From Tubulanus polymorphus (Eukaryota > Animalia > Nemertea), in NCBI RefSeq assembly GCF_964204645.1, contig NC_134026.1, positions 28,306,150-28,370,149 on the forward strand: a stretch of DNA of 64,000 nt. The letters run 5' to 3'. This document shows positions 13,343-25,900 of the stretch, piece by piece. Every line of letters starts with the position of its first letter. The stretch's first letter is position 1. Position numbers and translations under genes: made by a program. Below the pieces are notes generated by a model, which was given only the letters and a program-made list of their open reading frames with translations, did no database searches and was not told the DNA's origin.

Positions 13343-15670
13343 TGATCTAGAAGTGTTCTGGAAGAAATCTATATATCACGGGCGTCTACACTCGGGTGAC
13401 CAATGGGCTTAACCTGACTTATACGTGTATTTCTTCGATAATGGCTATCTATCTAAAATGAAGTTCCATAAGTACACTTCAGACAGATTTTAATAAATCA
13501 TCTATTATACGCTTGTCATATGAATAGAGATCAGCAGATCCCACACGTGTCTTCGTGTCTTTATCAGAGGTCCATAAACAAACAAACAAATACACAGTAA
13601 CGACTTCAACTTCAATTGTGAAGTCACAAACGATTATATCCTTTATGAATAATTTAATTGTGTGTTTAGTAAATTTGCACAGGTGTTGAATCCAAGAAAG
13701 CGGTCAGAAATGGTCCCCTTTTTGAGTCGCATCGCAATCGTAGAATTTACGAAAAGTTTAAGACAAGAGAAATTTAGGAAACGTGTCACTCGTGACTGGA
13801 TCCCAACAATCAGGAAATGAAATGCACTGGTTAAGGGATCATCGGATAATGATCCAGAACGTAACAGGAACGATCGTACGTTTTAGAAATGTTAGTCATC
13901 ATCGGTTTAGTTGACGCTATGTCTAGATTTGATCAATTATCAATTGTAGACATAAGATATTGAGATAGTAAAGATATTCAATTTCAATCAAAAAACCATA
14001 TATACGTACTTGTCATCAATAGCCAAACTGATTTATATAGTTTCAGTCAGTAAATCGATTAGACCACATGCGTGTCCGCCTCTGAATTGATGATGTATTG
14101 TGCCCGTTCACTTAATCAAAATTTCGGGGTCCTTTAAAGTAACGTGTATTTACTATAGTTGGGGTCATTTGCATGTAATCCTGAATTCGATTGTCGTCAA
14201 CACGAAAAGCATTTTAATCGATATATCTTTAGCGCTTTATACGTGTTTTAGAAGAAATACAGCGGCTTTGGTCATCTAGAATTTTTGTCACGAGTATATT
14301 TCGCTTACGTTACCAGATGTAGAGTTTTTTGAAATAAGTATCTATCAAATGATCCTTACACGAATTTCAGTTATCGGAACCATCATATTTTCTTCGAGAA
14401 AATCTGGTCGAATCAATTTAGAATTTAGAGTTTCTTAATTGTTGTAATTACGAGTCTGGATTTGTTTGGTTGAAAATCGTTCAATGTTTAATTATCATTT
14501 TAACGGACCATTGGTTTCGCTGGTAATTGTGTATGTGTGGGGTCGGTCGTTTCGGACCGGCTTAGCGACCGCGCCGTACAAACACACTCCACAACCATCG
14601 CCGTCACCTTTGAAAACACCTTATTAAGTCTTTATTACTGACTAAGTGACCTTATCGAATCTCGTTCACAAGAAAACGTTAGAAAAACAAAATCACCCGG
14701 TCACTTAAAGACTACTAAGGAGCCGCTGGTTAATCCAATTTAATAGATAATCTTAAGAAAAACATTTCTGTTATTAGTGATCTTCAATAAAAAAGGATGT
14801 GCAAATCTTTCTCAAAACAATTTCACGATGAGTCGCAAAATCAAAGATAACGCTTGGATACCGCGGTATTATCACCATCTAAGAATTAGCAACTTCGAAA
14901 TTCTCCATAAGTCGAAATCAGCATTCCGCGGTTCTGGGTTGAGAATACAGATTTAGATTGAAATATTTGAAACTGAAGTAATTTTAACTGGGCGTTAACT
15001 ATAGTAGCTTATAAGTATACATCTGTACAATAGAGTCGAGTAAGGTATTCGATCACAGGGATTGATTATTTCTATTTGTGAAACTGACAAAATGCGCGAG
15101 TTGAAACAGGCAAATAAAACTTTCCAATTTTATTTGAAAATGCATATTCAATTTATTGAGACTATGCTATATAAAGTAAGAAAATAACGGAAAAGATCAT
15201 CGGGCATATCATTTCTATACCGATATCGATAACACCTATTGTCCATTTGAATTTAAATTTGTGTTAAATAATGCTGTTACGTCACGGCTGATAGTGGTAA
15301 TGCGCCGCCGCGGTCGTTCAATTATAAGCAAATCAACTGCCATAATCCTCCTAGAAACGAAGCAACTCAATTAATCTCGTGAAATGAAATCACAACTAAG
15401 CGAGAAATTCGTTTGTGATTTCACAAAGTGACGACATGTGAAATTCAATTTGCTATTTTATTACCGAGTCGACGCCCATCGCTGATCCTATGGGGCCGAT
15501 CTGTAGATAAGGCCTAGGAGACGCGTCGAATCATGCAAATGATCAATATAATAATAATCAAACACTTATTTGCGAAATCTACGTATTTCATTGTTTCAAA
15601 TGACTTATATGCTAATACACTGTCATGTAAATATTACACAGTATTTATGTGAAATTACAGTGACACTTAT

Positions 15671-15791
15671 GGGCCCAGTTCCAGAGTCATTATTTTATTT
15701 AAGAAACTACTTACCTGGGGTAACTTTTTATTTGTAAGACGAATTAAGAACTAAAACTGAACTCAGCAAAATTTCTACTCTGGAACTGGTT
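15671..15791. mobile_element. Harbinger/Tourist-like MITE
   Basis: TIRs gggcccagttccagagt ... actctggaactggtt. Related ends occur at ~31799 and 48102-48146. Confidence 0.6.
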
Positions 15792-16302
15792 TACAAAAAC
15801 CTTTAACTAATCAAACTCTATCAATTCCTACATTATTTCGGCATTATTTTCGTGTTTGATTTATTCATTTATTTTACGATTTAATCTTTGTTTCTTTATT
15901 AGGATCTTCGATATATTGACATGATGATATTGCGATTTAGGGCATTTTGCACTAAATATTTCTCTTCGTCGTACCACTTTTATGATAATGAATTACACGT
16001 ATCGAAAAGCAATAAAATTTATTTCAATACAGACGGCACATTGTTTTATGAATAATCACCTGTAAAAACCATAAAGGTTATTCGATTAGAATACTTCAAC
16101 ACGAATCTATAATTGGAGAATTAAATTTCGCATAACCTCTCGAAAATTATATTGGTACTCGGAGATAAATATATTCGGGGAAGCGCTCGCTCATCTTATT
16201 ATTAATAGATGGGAGTTTGCGAACCAGGTGTCATTATCCACTTGTACGACACTTATTGTGTACACTAGAATTCATTAACGGTGGATCGTTGTCCATTGTT
16301 CC

Positions 16303-16380
16303 GAGGGGCGGGTAATTGGTGTATAATAGCTTCCGTGACCGTATAAAAACGGCGCACAGCGTGTGGCGGAAAACACTTGC
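16303..16380 (+). promoter_or_regulatory. Not core promoter: GC box, TATA box, putative initiator
   Basis: GAGGGGCGGG at ~16303, TATAAAA at 16342-16348, and ACACTT ~30 bp downstream. This lies ~130 bp before the ATG at 16508. Confidence 0.6.
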
Positions 16381-16507
16381 CCGAAGACTTCCGATTCGAG
16401 CAGGCGATCAATTTTTCTCTCGGAAACACTTTCCATTACTCGCTATTGATATTCGTGTATTTCGACTTTAAAGACATTTTTAAACTCAAAAGCTGAACGG
16501 ATTCAGA

Positions 16508-19500
16508 ATGCATTCTTCGACACAACAGCAATTTACGAATTTGGCGGCGTCGCCGTTTTTTCATCCGGCGTTTTCGTACGCGTTTAGATCCATCGAAGCA
16601 TCGATGCCGATTCATCCGGCTTTCCTGCCACCGACCTCGCTGACCGCACCATCCGGGGGACATCATAGCTCAGCATTCTCAGCAGCAGCAGCAGCAGTAG
16701 GAACCGCGTCCAAGGGCCGGTCATTCACTATCGACGCTATACTGGGCAATGATTCAGCTAATAATATCAGCAGCGATAACAACAGATCTAGCGACGAGGA
16801 AAATGATAATATCATCCACAGAAGACATCGCAGGTTCGAATCTCACCCGTATCTGAACGCTTTAACATCGCACATGAGATTCAACACTAATCAATCAGTT
16901 GCAGATCTACATTCACAAAAAGGTAAGACCGAATGAATCTGAGCTGAAGTGAAAGTTTTTTTAAACCATGGATTCTAAAACGAATGCATGTTTAAAGTGA
17001 TTTATTCATACAAGGATTATGAGATCAAGAGGGTTTTGACGATTGTCACCATTATTTATTTATTATTCAGTATTCCTCTGAAGATGACTATCAAGATATA
17101 ATCGAAGCGTAATAAACTACTATTTCGGGCTCCTTAATTTTTTATTGTAGTGTGGGATTATATATTAGCATCAAATCAATCGTTCTTTAGGCTAAGCTTC
17201 GCTTTTCTAACTTTTAGAAAAATCGTCATTGACAAATTGAATAAATATCTACAAAGGAAAACAAATCTTTCCAAATTTAAACAGAATTCTGAATAAACGT
17301 TTATAAATTCTAAGGCACTACTACAATATAATTTGATATATCTAAGACACTACTGTAATATGATTCAATGAAACTAAGGCACTACTGCTATAACTTGTTA
17401 TAACTGTAATACCAATTAAATTGCCCTGATTGATAAACAAACATCGATTACGTTTGATTTTAACCGCGCCTCTCAATCACTCAGTGATGCGATTTTCTTA
17501 CGAGGTGTAATATTTCAACATCTGTTTAAAAAGAAAACTAATCATTGTATAAAACATACAGAAACTATGTTACTCTGTATGCGGCCGAGGAGACCTTGCT
17601 TTTTTATTTTCTATCTAATATTTTGTGATTGCGCTGCAAAAGTTCTGCGAATTTTCAAAACTATTGACATTGTCCGCAACATTTACGTTAATAAGAATTG
17701 TCACGGAATGAAAACTTTTATGCCGGGAAGAGTCGCAATTTTCATGGATGATTTAGTAGCATTTAGTGATCAATTTCAGTACAACACAAAAAGAAATTAA
17801 GAAGTTAATTCATGCCGTAAAAGATATTGAAAATTAGTTTTTCTTATACACCAGCTGACATGCGACAGCGCGAGTTCACCGGAAATATAAACAAAATGCG
17901 GGGCACGCGGCGCGACGATGGGGCAGATTGTGAAAAATAAAAGACAGACATTTCAAGTTATCTTTCGAAATAAATATTATTTCATTCATTCAACAGCTGA
18001 TGGGCTGAGAATTCTAGTTCGACAAGTGCCAACTCGAATCTCGAGTGACGAATACTTCAATACGATAATTAATAGCCGTGGTCGAAAATTGGGTTATATT
18101 CGTAAATTTAAGCGTCAATAGCATTAATAAAATTTAATATTCAGAAATAAATCTTATAGCTTCCTCCCTCGAGGCAGTGTCTATATGTAGAATTGTGGAA
18201 ATAGGTTTCTAAATAATGTATTTTCATATAGTTTCATGCTAGTTACATTTTTGACTTTTCTGCACCGTATTTAGGATATGGATTGTAATATTTTCAATAC
18301 AATTTTGGATACTTTTCAAATAAATCAAAATACGGGATCTGCTCGTGTCCTTTTTCATTTGTCACCGAATTGTGAAATGTTTATTCCCTATTCCCGACTG
18401 ATATATCTATAACCGATATAGATTTTAGAATGTTCAATGTTCTCGTGTTAAACTGCTCATTATAGAGTATTTCCACCTGTATGAAATTAATATCATTGAA
18501 ATATCAATTGTAAGCAATTAATCTCATTTTCAGATGCTTTTCGACATCTGGTTGCGCGTCGAGCCAATATTTCATTGCGCTATAGTTTCGTATAATTAAA
18601 CGAATCGAAAACAAATGAATAGCAATTATTGAGTTACATCAGAAACAATGTCAAATATATTCACATCAACCACTTCGAACGTTGCACTTGTTAGTATTAT
18701 TGTATTTCTTTTGACACATTTTCGTATTCTGTCCTGACAAAATCGACGTTTCTTTTACTTTCACCAGCGGTTGGATTCTTAACAAATCTTTCTAACGCTG
18801 TAGAGAGAATCCCACAATAATAACAAAAACAGTCCGAAAATGTAACTGAAGCTAGTAGTTTATTCTCAATAAACTGCTATTAGCTTCAGTTTCATTTTCG
18901 GACTTTTTGTTCGTTATTATTGTGGGATTCGCTCTATATCGCTTCAACATGAATAAAGTGTTTTATGAATCGTGATCTTTCTCATGCTGGTTCATTCTTG
19001 CGCAGTTTTCGTTCTAAACTCAATTCAACGGCTCTTGAAGATATTGATATGTATTTGATTTGGGCAATGACTCCACAATTAGGGTTAAAACGCTGAAAAC
19101 GAACACATAAAATCAGTCGTCAAACTGTGAAAATGAGGGTCCTGAGATTATTCACTGATGATCATTCACCTCCTCCTACAGTTTCAATTTCTAAGTCGCA
19201 CGTTCTCGAAACTTTGGATCGAAATACAATTCAACCTCTCATCATTGATCTGATCGAATTGAGAAGCCATTTGGCACATGTTTGAGCGCGCGTCTGTAAT
19301 GAGACGAGGTGTTATAATCACTACATCATTATGAATTATTAAACGATGCTATTCAATACGGATGCAAACCTCATCGTTTACCCTTTTACAAATTACAATC
19401 TAATTATTGGTTTAGGTGAAATTCTCTATGAATAATTGAATCGGAATAACGGCCGATTAACGAGCCAAGGGGTCAAATTATCTTGAGAAAATATTGACGG

Positions 19501-20510
19501 GGAAAATGTGCGGTAGATATCAAACTTCACTGAGCTCTTGCTTCTCCTTTTACACTCTGTTCTTATTAACTTTCTGTTAGACTTTGCTGTGCAACATTGA
19601 AATCTCATAGTTTATATTTCAGCTGAAAGCAAATGTAAATGTTAATTTTGTAACTGTTGAATCGTGAATAATAGGTTGATTACAACACAGAAATAAACTT
19701 CTAATTTGTTTTCTAATTCGATTTTCTAAAACGATATGTCTTATTTAACGAAATAATTTCTTTGTGTCTTACAGAAAAAGTGGAAAAGATCTGCGGGAAA
19801 ACAGACTGGAAGCCGACAAAAAGTAAACGGGTGCGAACTATCTTTACACCTGAACAATTAGAGCGACTGGAAACGGAATTTGAGTTACAGCAGTATATGG
19901 TCGGAACAGAAAGGTAAGCTTTTTGCGCTATTTTACTGTGCACGGTTAAATAAACCAAGTCAATTAAAACCATGATAAAACAGAATTCTACGAATAAGTA
20001 GCGAATCGTGTCAGTTAAGTTTCGCGTTGTTTGGTGATAGAATGCCAGGTCATTCATCTGGGAAAGTGAATAGGAAAGGAATTAGAAAACTGAAACGACA
20101 CATTTTTACTCATATTTCTACGATATAACATGTTTTCTGATTGCAGATTTTACTTGGCATCTAGTCTCAACCTCACAGAAGCCCAGGTGAAAGTTTGGTT
20201 CCAGAACAGGCGTATCAAATGGAGAAAACAGAATCTTGAACAACAACACGCAAAACTCGCTAAATTAAATTTACTTCGCGTTGGAGATGGCGGTGACGAT
20301 GACGAGGCTGATTCCGCCAGTGAAAACGACGAAACAGACGAGAGACGAAGCGAAACGTCATCTCCCGTCATGCAACAGTACATGAACTTTCATGCGACTT
20401 CTTCCGTTGCGAATCAGCAGTCGGAACTTTTTAATTCCTATTCTACCACAGCGGAAATAGAACAAACGAAAACGACAATTTCTCCAACCTTAAGAATCAG
20501 CTCTGATTGA
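16508..20510 (+). CDS. Not: Not (notochord) homeobox protein, 3 exons (16508-16922, 19775-19913, 20147-20510), ~305 aa
   Basis: The spliced homeodomain [59 protein letters not shown] carries Not-family signatures QQYMVG.ER and RIKWRKQ. An eh1 motif SFTIDAILG lies in exon 1, and exon phases are consistent. Confidence 0.93.
17078..17170 (+). mobile_element. Degenerate Penelope-type hammerhead motif plus AATAAA tail in Not intron 1
   Basis: CTGAAGA-TG-ACTAT-loop-ATAAT-C-GAAG-CGT followed by AATAAA...TGTGGGATT. The GAAA box reads GAAG. Confidence 0.4.
18795..18943. repeat. ~150-bp near-perfect palindrome in Not intron 1
   Basis: agagagaatcccacaataataac...gtccgaaaatg.aactgaagcta...gtttatt pairs with aataaac...tagcttcagtt.cattttcggac...gttattattgtgggattcgctct. 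Confidence 0.85.
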
Positions 20511-22985
20511 ATTTGCGAATATATTTTTGACATTTTTGTGTCTGTCACAAAAATCTGTTATTATATTCTAGTCATTTTTGTTACGTCTTGTCTTGTAAAT
20601 ATCTAATATATATGTATATATGTATGTATGGTGTACATTTTCGTTTATCAGCAGAAATATCATGATTAAGTATAATATATATATATATATGAAAACAAAA
20701 TAATCTTCATCATCGTTTATGGCTTTGAAGTTTCACGTCATGCCTGTGGGTTCACAAAGGAAGCTGTTATCAGTTTGACCTCATATAAATCGAATTCATA
20801 GTGACACTACGACTGTTGTTTGTCATTTCTTTTTCTGAGGCAGGCCCTTTTTGTTTGAAATTTTATTTGTAAATATAAACGACAGCGCGGAGATGGCATC
20901 CATATCCTTTAATAAACTAGCAGGTAATAAGAACAGGAAATGAGAAGCGTCCTCTGCTCATCAATCAAGTGTCACACGTGGATCATGTTTTTTAACGACA
21001 GCCATTACCAGAAATGAATTTTAATCGTAGTTTTGCGATGAAGACTACAGATGACCAGAAATGCCAATCATACCACCACAATCCATGAAATTTACAGATT
21101 TACATTACTTCAAAATATTTTCAAATGCGTTCTATCATCTTTTCGGAGACTAGATAATTGCCATAATCCAGTGATTAGAATAGTTCATTTCCCTATTCTT
21201 CTACATTAGTCAGCTAAAAATAGAGAGAATTCGGTTGATAAGACGGAGACATGTTTGACTGTGTAATTGGCATTCCTAATTCGCTGAAATAAGGCGTTAA
21301 TGGATGTATAATGTGTATTCGCGGCGAAATGATGTCTAACTATTCGACTTTCCCCGAATTTCCGACGAATTTCTCCTCTACGCTGTTATATATGATGGGA
21401 CGCGTTTGATGGCTGAGATTTGGCTGACGAGTTTTTTCAGCGTTTATTGCGGCTGTCGTCTGTAATGCAAGGTTCCCGCCAACTGACAGCCGTGTTTGGC
21501 AAATTACTCGGTTATTAAACTCTGGTGTCACCGGCGGCGCTCCTAACGTGCCTTAATAATCGTCATTAAATGCGAACCAGGCTCGATGAAAAGAGGCCTC
21601 AGATTTAATTAAGTAGAGAATTGAATAGACGGAATGACGATAAATGTCAACCATCTCATAACAAAGTTTAATATATCAAGACGAGTCGGCGGAAACGGGA
21701 TTTTTGCGCGCGATCGCATTCACTAAGGAATGCGTGCAGGAATGATCTGTATTTCTTGCGCTATTGACAATGAATAGGATTTAATAATTCCTGTCTTTTA
21801 TAGGAAAATCATATTGTTAATGAAATATTAAATTGATCGGATAATGACTGACATCAAAAATTATAAGCGAGCAATGTGGCGGAGATGGATCGTTATTACT
21901 TCGGGGTAGGTCGTTAATGGGATAGAGCCGGTGAAATTACGCGCGAATATGATCATCGCGATTGAGGAGGAATCACTGCTGAAATCATTGGTTCGCGCCA
22001 AATACTGTTTCCAACCAACAGACGGTGAACCACAACACAGGATCTACGCTCTTTCCTACGCAGTGGCGTTATCAATAAAGAAATTCTATGCGTATCATAC
22101 ATGCGTAAAACAGATGAACCCGAATTCATCGAAATGAGATTCCAAATGGCAACCTCCAAAAAGCGAAGCTTCCTTCGCAGGAGTACTGATGACCAAATTC
22201 TAAGGACATGAAGTGTTAAACCTTTAAACATCTATTTTTCAAAGACGTTTAGGGGAGGACTCCACCAATGCGTCACACCTTCGTGCCTCGTGGTAAGGTC
22301 TTCTATCAACTGAACCACTCGTAATCCTCCTTGCCAATCTTTCATACCTAGAACCGCGCCCGAGTCAATTGAGATCCGAAAGAACCGATTGAAATCCATT
22401 TTGGAAATCCGCGATACGAATCAGACGCAAAGGGATACGTAATAGATTATTCATTTCAATTTCATGTATTTATTTCTCTTTGATTCTCATAATGACAAAA
22501 ATCATCTAGAATTGAATTTATATAGGTATCAAAACTAGGTAAATATCACCAAAAATATGTATCACGGATACGTTTGATCGAAGCACATTAGGTATGATGT
22601 AAATATAATGAAGATTCATAAATACAAACAAATTCATTATACAATGAATATAATATCACATTGTATATATTTAGCACCGGTTATCCTAACATCTCTTACA
22701 TTACAGCGAGCCCTTGATCCTAACTATAGATTGATAATTGGCTGGAATAATTACGATAACAGCCATTGGAATACAACCATCAACCATTCTACTAGTCAAA
22801 AATTTAAAACACAAAATGCAATCATGGTCGGACTAGACATAAATTGAACAACCTAGGTGTGAAAATCTGTGGAGCATCGTTAATCATATTCGTGAATTAA
22901 CGTAGATGAATAACAAGAATTCAGTTACAGAAAAATAGAATGTGGTGGTAAAGATCAGAACTATTATTTCATAAAAAAATTGATT

Positions 22986-25900
22986 TCAACCGAAGCAACC
23001 AGTAGGTTCAACTTTGTCGGGATGTTTTACGCTGTAAATCTCATCTTTCGGAACTCTAGAGATAAAATTTTTTGCCAATTTGTCCCTCTTTCTACGTGTA
23101 TACAAAATAGTAACCAAGAATATTGCGGGAATTTTCTTTTCGATCGCTGAGCGTAGTAGCGTGCCTTCATTACGGCACTGTGGATGGGCCTGAATTCGCG
23201 TCAAGAAATCTTCAAGTTTTGAGCTAGTTATACTTCGCACATCGAGGCTGATGTCTAAATTGTTCGTAAAACAGTAATACTGTTTGGTGGAAGGGTAAAA
23301 CAATACTGATGGACTGATAGACAGATTACTAAACGAAGAATGCTGCGAAATCGTAGAAGCAGGCGTTACAGTTCTGGAGCTAGCATCAGATACGCCATCT
23401 GTCTGATTAAGTGTAAACCTTACAGAGTTACTAGATCCCGCTCGATCTAGCGGAGTCAACCTAGCAATATTTTCAATTACAGATACAAGATTTTCATCGT
23501 TAGACTCTTTTTTACATTCATCTTTTTCACGAATCAAAGAAACCTCAGCAATAACTTCCTCATCATTTTCAGCAGCGTCATTTTCAATATCACAAATTGA
23601 CACACTGTTTAACTGATCATCCGGACTTGAATGCGACACATCTTTACTTGAATTATTGTTTGTTTCAATAGTAACACTCTCATGTTCACAATGTTCACTG
23701 GTCTCGTATATGTGACCATTCTCAATTAAAGAATTACCGGCCTGCAATGATGTACTCTCGTTCTGATGATTTGAAACAATAATCTTGATTCCCTGTTGAC
23801 ATTCTAACTGCTCTGGTTTGAGTACATTCTCATCTGACAGATTTCTATCTGTATGCTTTTCATCACAGTCAGAATCTTTCTCACTTTCGGTAGAATACGA
23901 TAATGTCATAGCTCTTGATACAGATGCAGAAGTGCATGGCGTTATCGGTGGATAATATCCACTTTCTAAAGAGGATGTCTCACTAGGAACAGAACTAACA
24001 CCTGTAAGATCAAGAAATTCTTCAGTTATCATTGAGACGAAACAGAAGACTGTTTGTAAAATTGAAGATATTCATCTACATACCACTGCTGTTCCCCCAT
24101 GCCATCATATCATGGTCATCAACGCTGCAAATAACACCTTCATCTAGAAGTGTCTGAGCTAGTGTCATGACGGCTTGTTCATCGCTTGTTGTCGTGTCTT
24201 CTACAGAATTACCATGATCAGCAGAATGTATAGATTAAATTCTTTAAAATTTATACATATATACATGGTATATTAAGAAAAAATGCTTACTCGAAACGAA
24301 TTTATCCATTGGATGTTTCTTAATCCAGTCAATGAGCTGTTTACCACTGAAACATTTCCTAATAGCATGCAAATCGTGCTGCATAAATTCCATGTAATCT
24401 GGAGGTGGCATTGAGCTATCAGTGCTATCAACATCATCATCAAATGCATCACTCAGTTGACGATACAACGCAATCAGTTTTGCTGTTGATTCTGAATACA
24501 GATTCAACTTCAACAAAACCGTTTCCTAGAAATGAAAATATATTACATATTGACAAATCTAACAGACTTCTTCAATTTTTCATTTTTCAATCTAAATCAA
24601 TCTTACTGTATCATCTACTAGCTCCTGTAAATTCATTCCACTCCCGTTCTCATGCATAAACTGAATCAGAACCTGTAAAGTCAGATTTTCTTTTTTCATA
24701 AATATCAGTATTGGGTGTCACTCTAAATTTATTCTATATGATATCAACTTACAGCTAATGCCTGGATCATGATTTTTGCCTTTCTTTCAGTGTTGCCTGG
24801 ACTCTGGGTGAGTTTGTCGACCTCATTTGACATATTTGCTACCAATAAATGCCAGAGTTCAGTTTGTACACGACGTAGCATATCACCATATAACCAACGA
24901 CTAAGAGCTTTGAAATTAATCTCCAGAAATTCCAAAACAGGTTTCATGCGATAAGAGATTGATTCAGATTTCATTGGTAAATCCAACAATAGTTGCAAAG
25001 TCTCTTTGATGAATAGGTTCACCTGTAATTGTGTATTAGTTCATCAGGTAGTTGAAACATTTGGAAAAGAACAAAGAGAATTCAATAAATGAAAATTTCA
25101 AATAGACATTAATAACAAAACATACTCGGTAAGCCAGCAATTTCAACTGTGCCATGAGTAAAGACTGGACATGCTGCATGCACATTTGAAATGTTTGTTC
25201 ATTCAGCAGTGTATTTTCAACAGGTTTTTCATCTTCAATATTGTCACTTTCATCTTCCTCTTCTGTAATAGAAGGAGGTGTATACGATTTCACTACTTCA
25301 AACCCTGTAAAACAAAGTCTAAATTTTGAGATGCTGACGTTAGTAATTACTACATACGTGTAGTGTGTTATAAAATGAATGATCATTACCATGTTCTCTT
25401 CCATAATCATAATTATCATTCTCAGTTTGTGGAGCCTCCTTCTTAAGAGTTGTCATGCCTTCAACATCAGCAGCTTTTTCGACAGAGTTCTGGATCTTAG
25501 TGATGAGTTGCAGTAAGCTGTACATATTGTTAATTCGAAAACACATCTACATAAAGAACAATGAAAAGTATATAACAATCAAATTGCAAAGAAACGACTT
25601 AATTCCACAAGGCATCAAGTTTACTTACTTCTTTCGTTATAGGCTCATACTTATCAGCTATGACTTTGGCATTACAGTCAATGTATCTAAAACAATCACC
25701 ATCAGGATCTTTTGAATGACGGCAACCCCATATAAGTCCACTATTGAACTGGACACTCAAATGATTTATCATCTGAAAGTAATGAGATAGAATGTATAAT
25801 TGATTGCAATGAAACGATAAAGTGATGCATTTGCATACATGTTAAAGAAAGAACATTTTACCTTTCGTCCTAGAATCTTAATTCCTAGTCTAGTTGCAGC

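Noticed and set aside
22986-23003. C-terminal TGCFG as a CaaX prenylation signal
   Set aside because: The Cys is third from the end, not fourth, so it is not a canonical CaaX.
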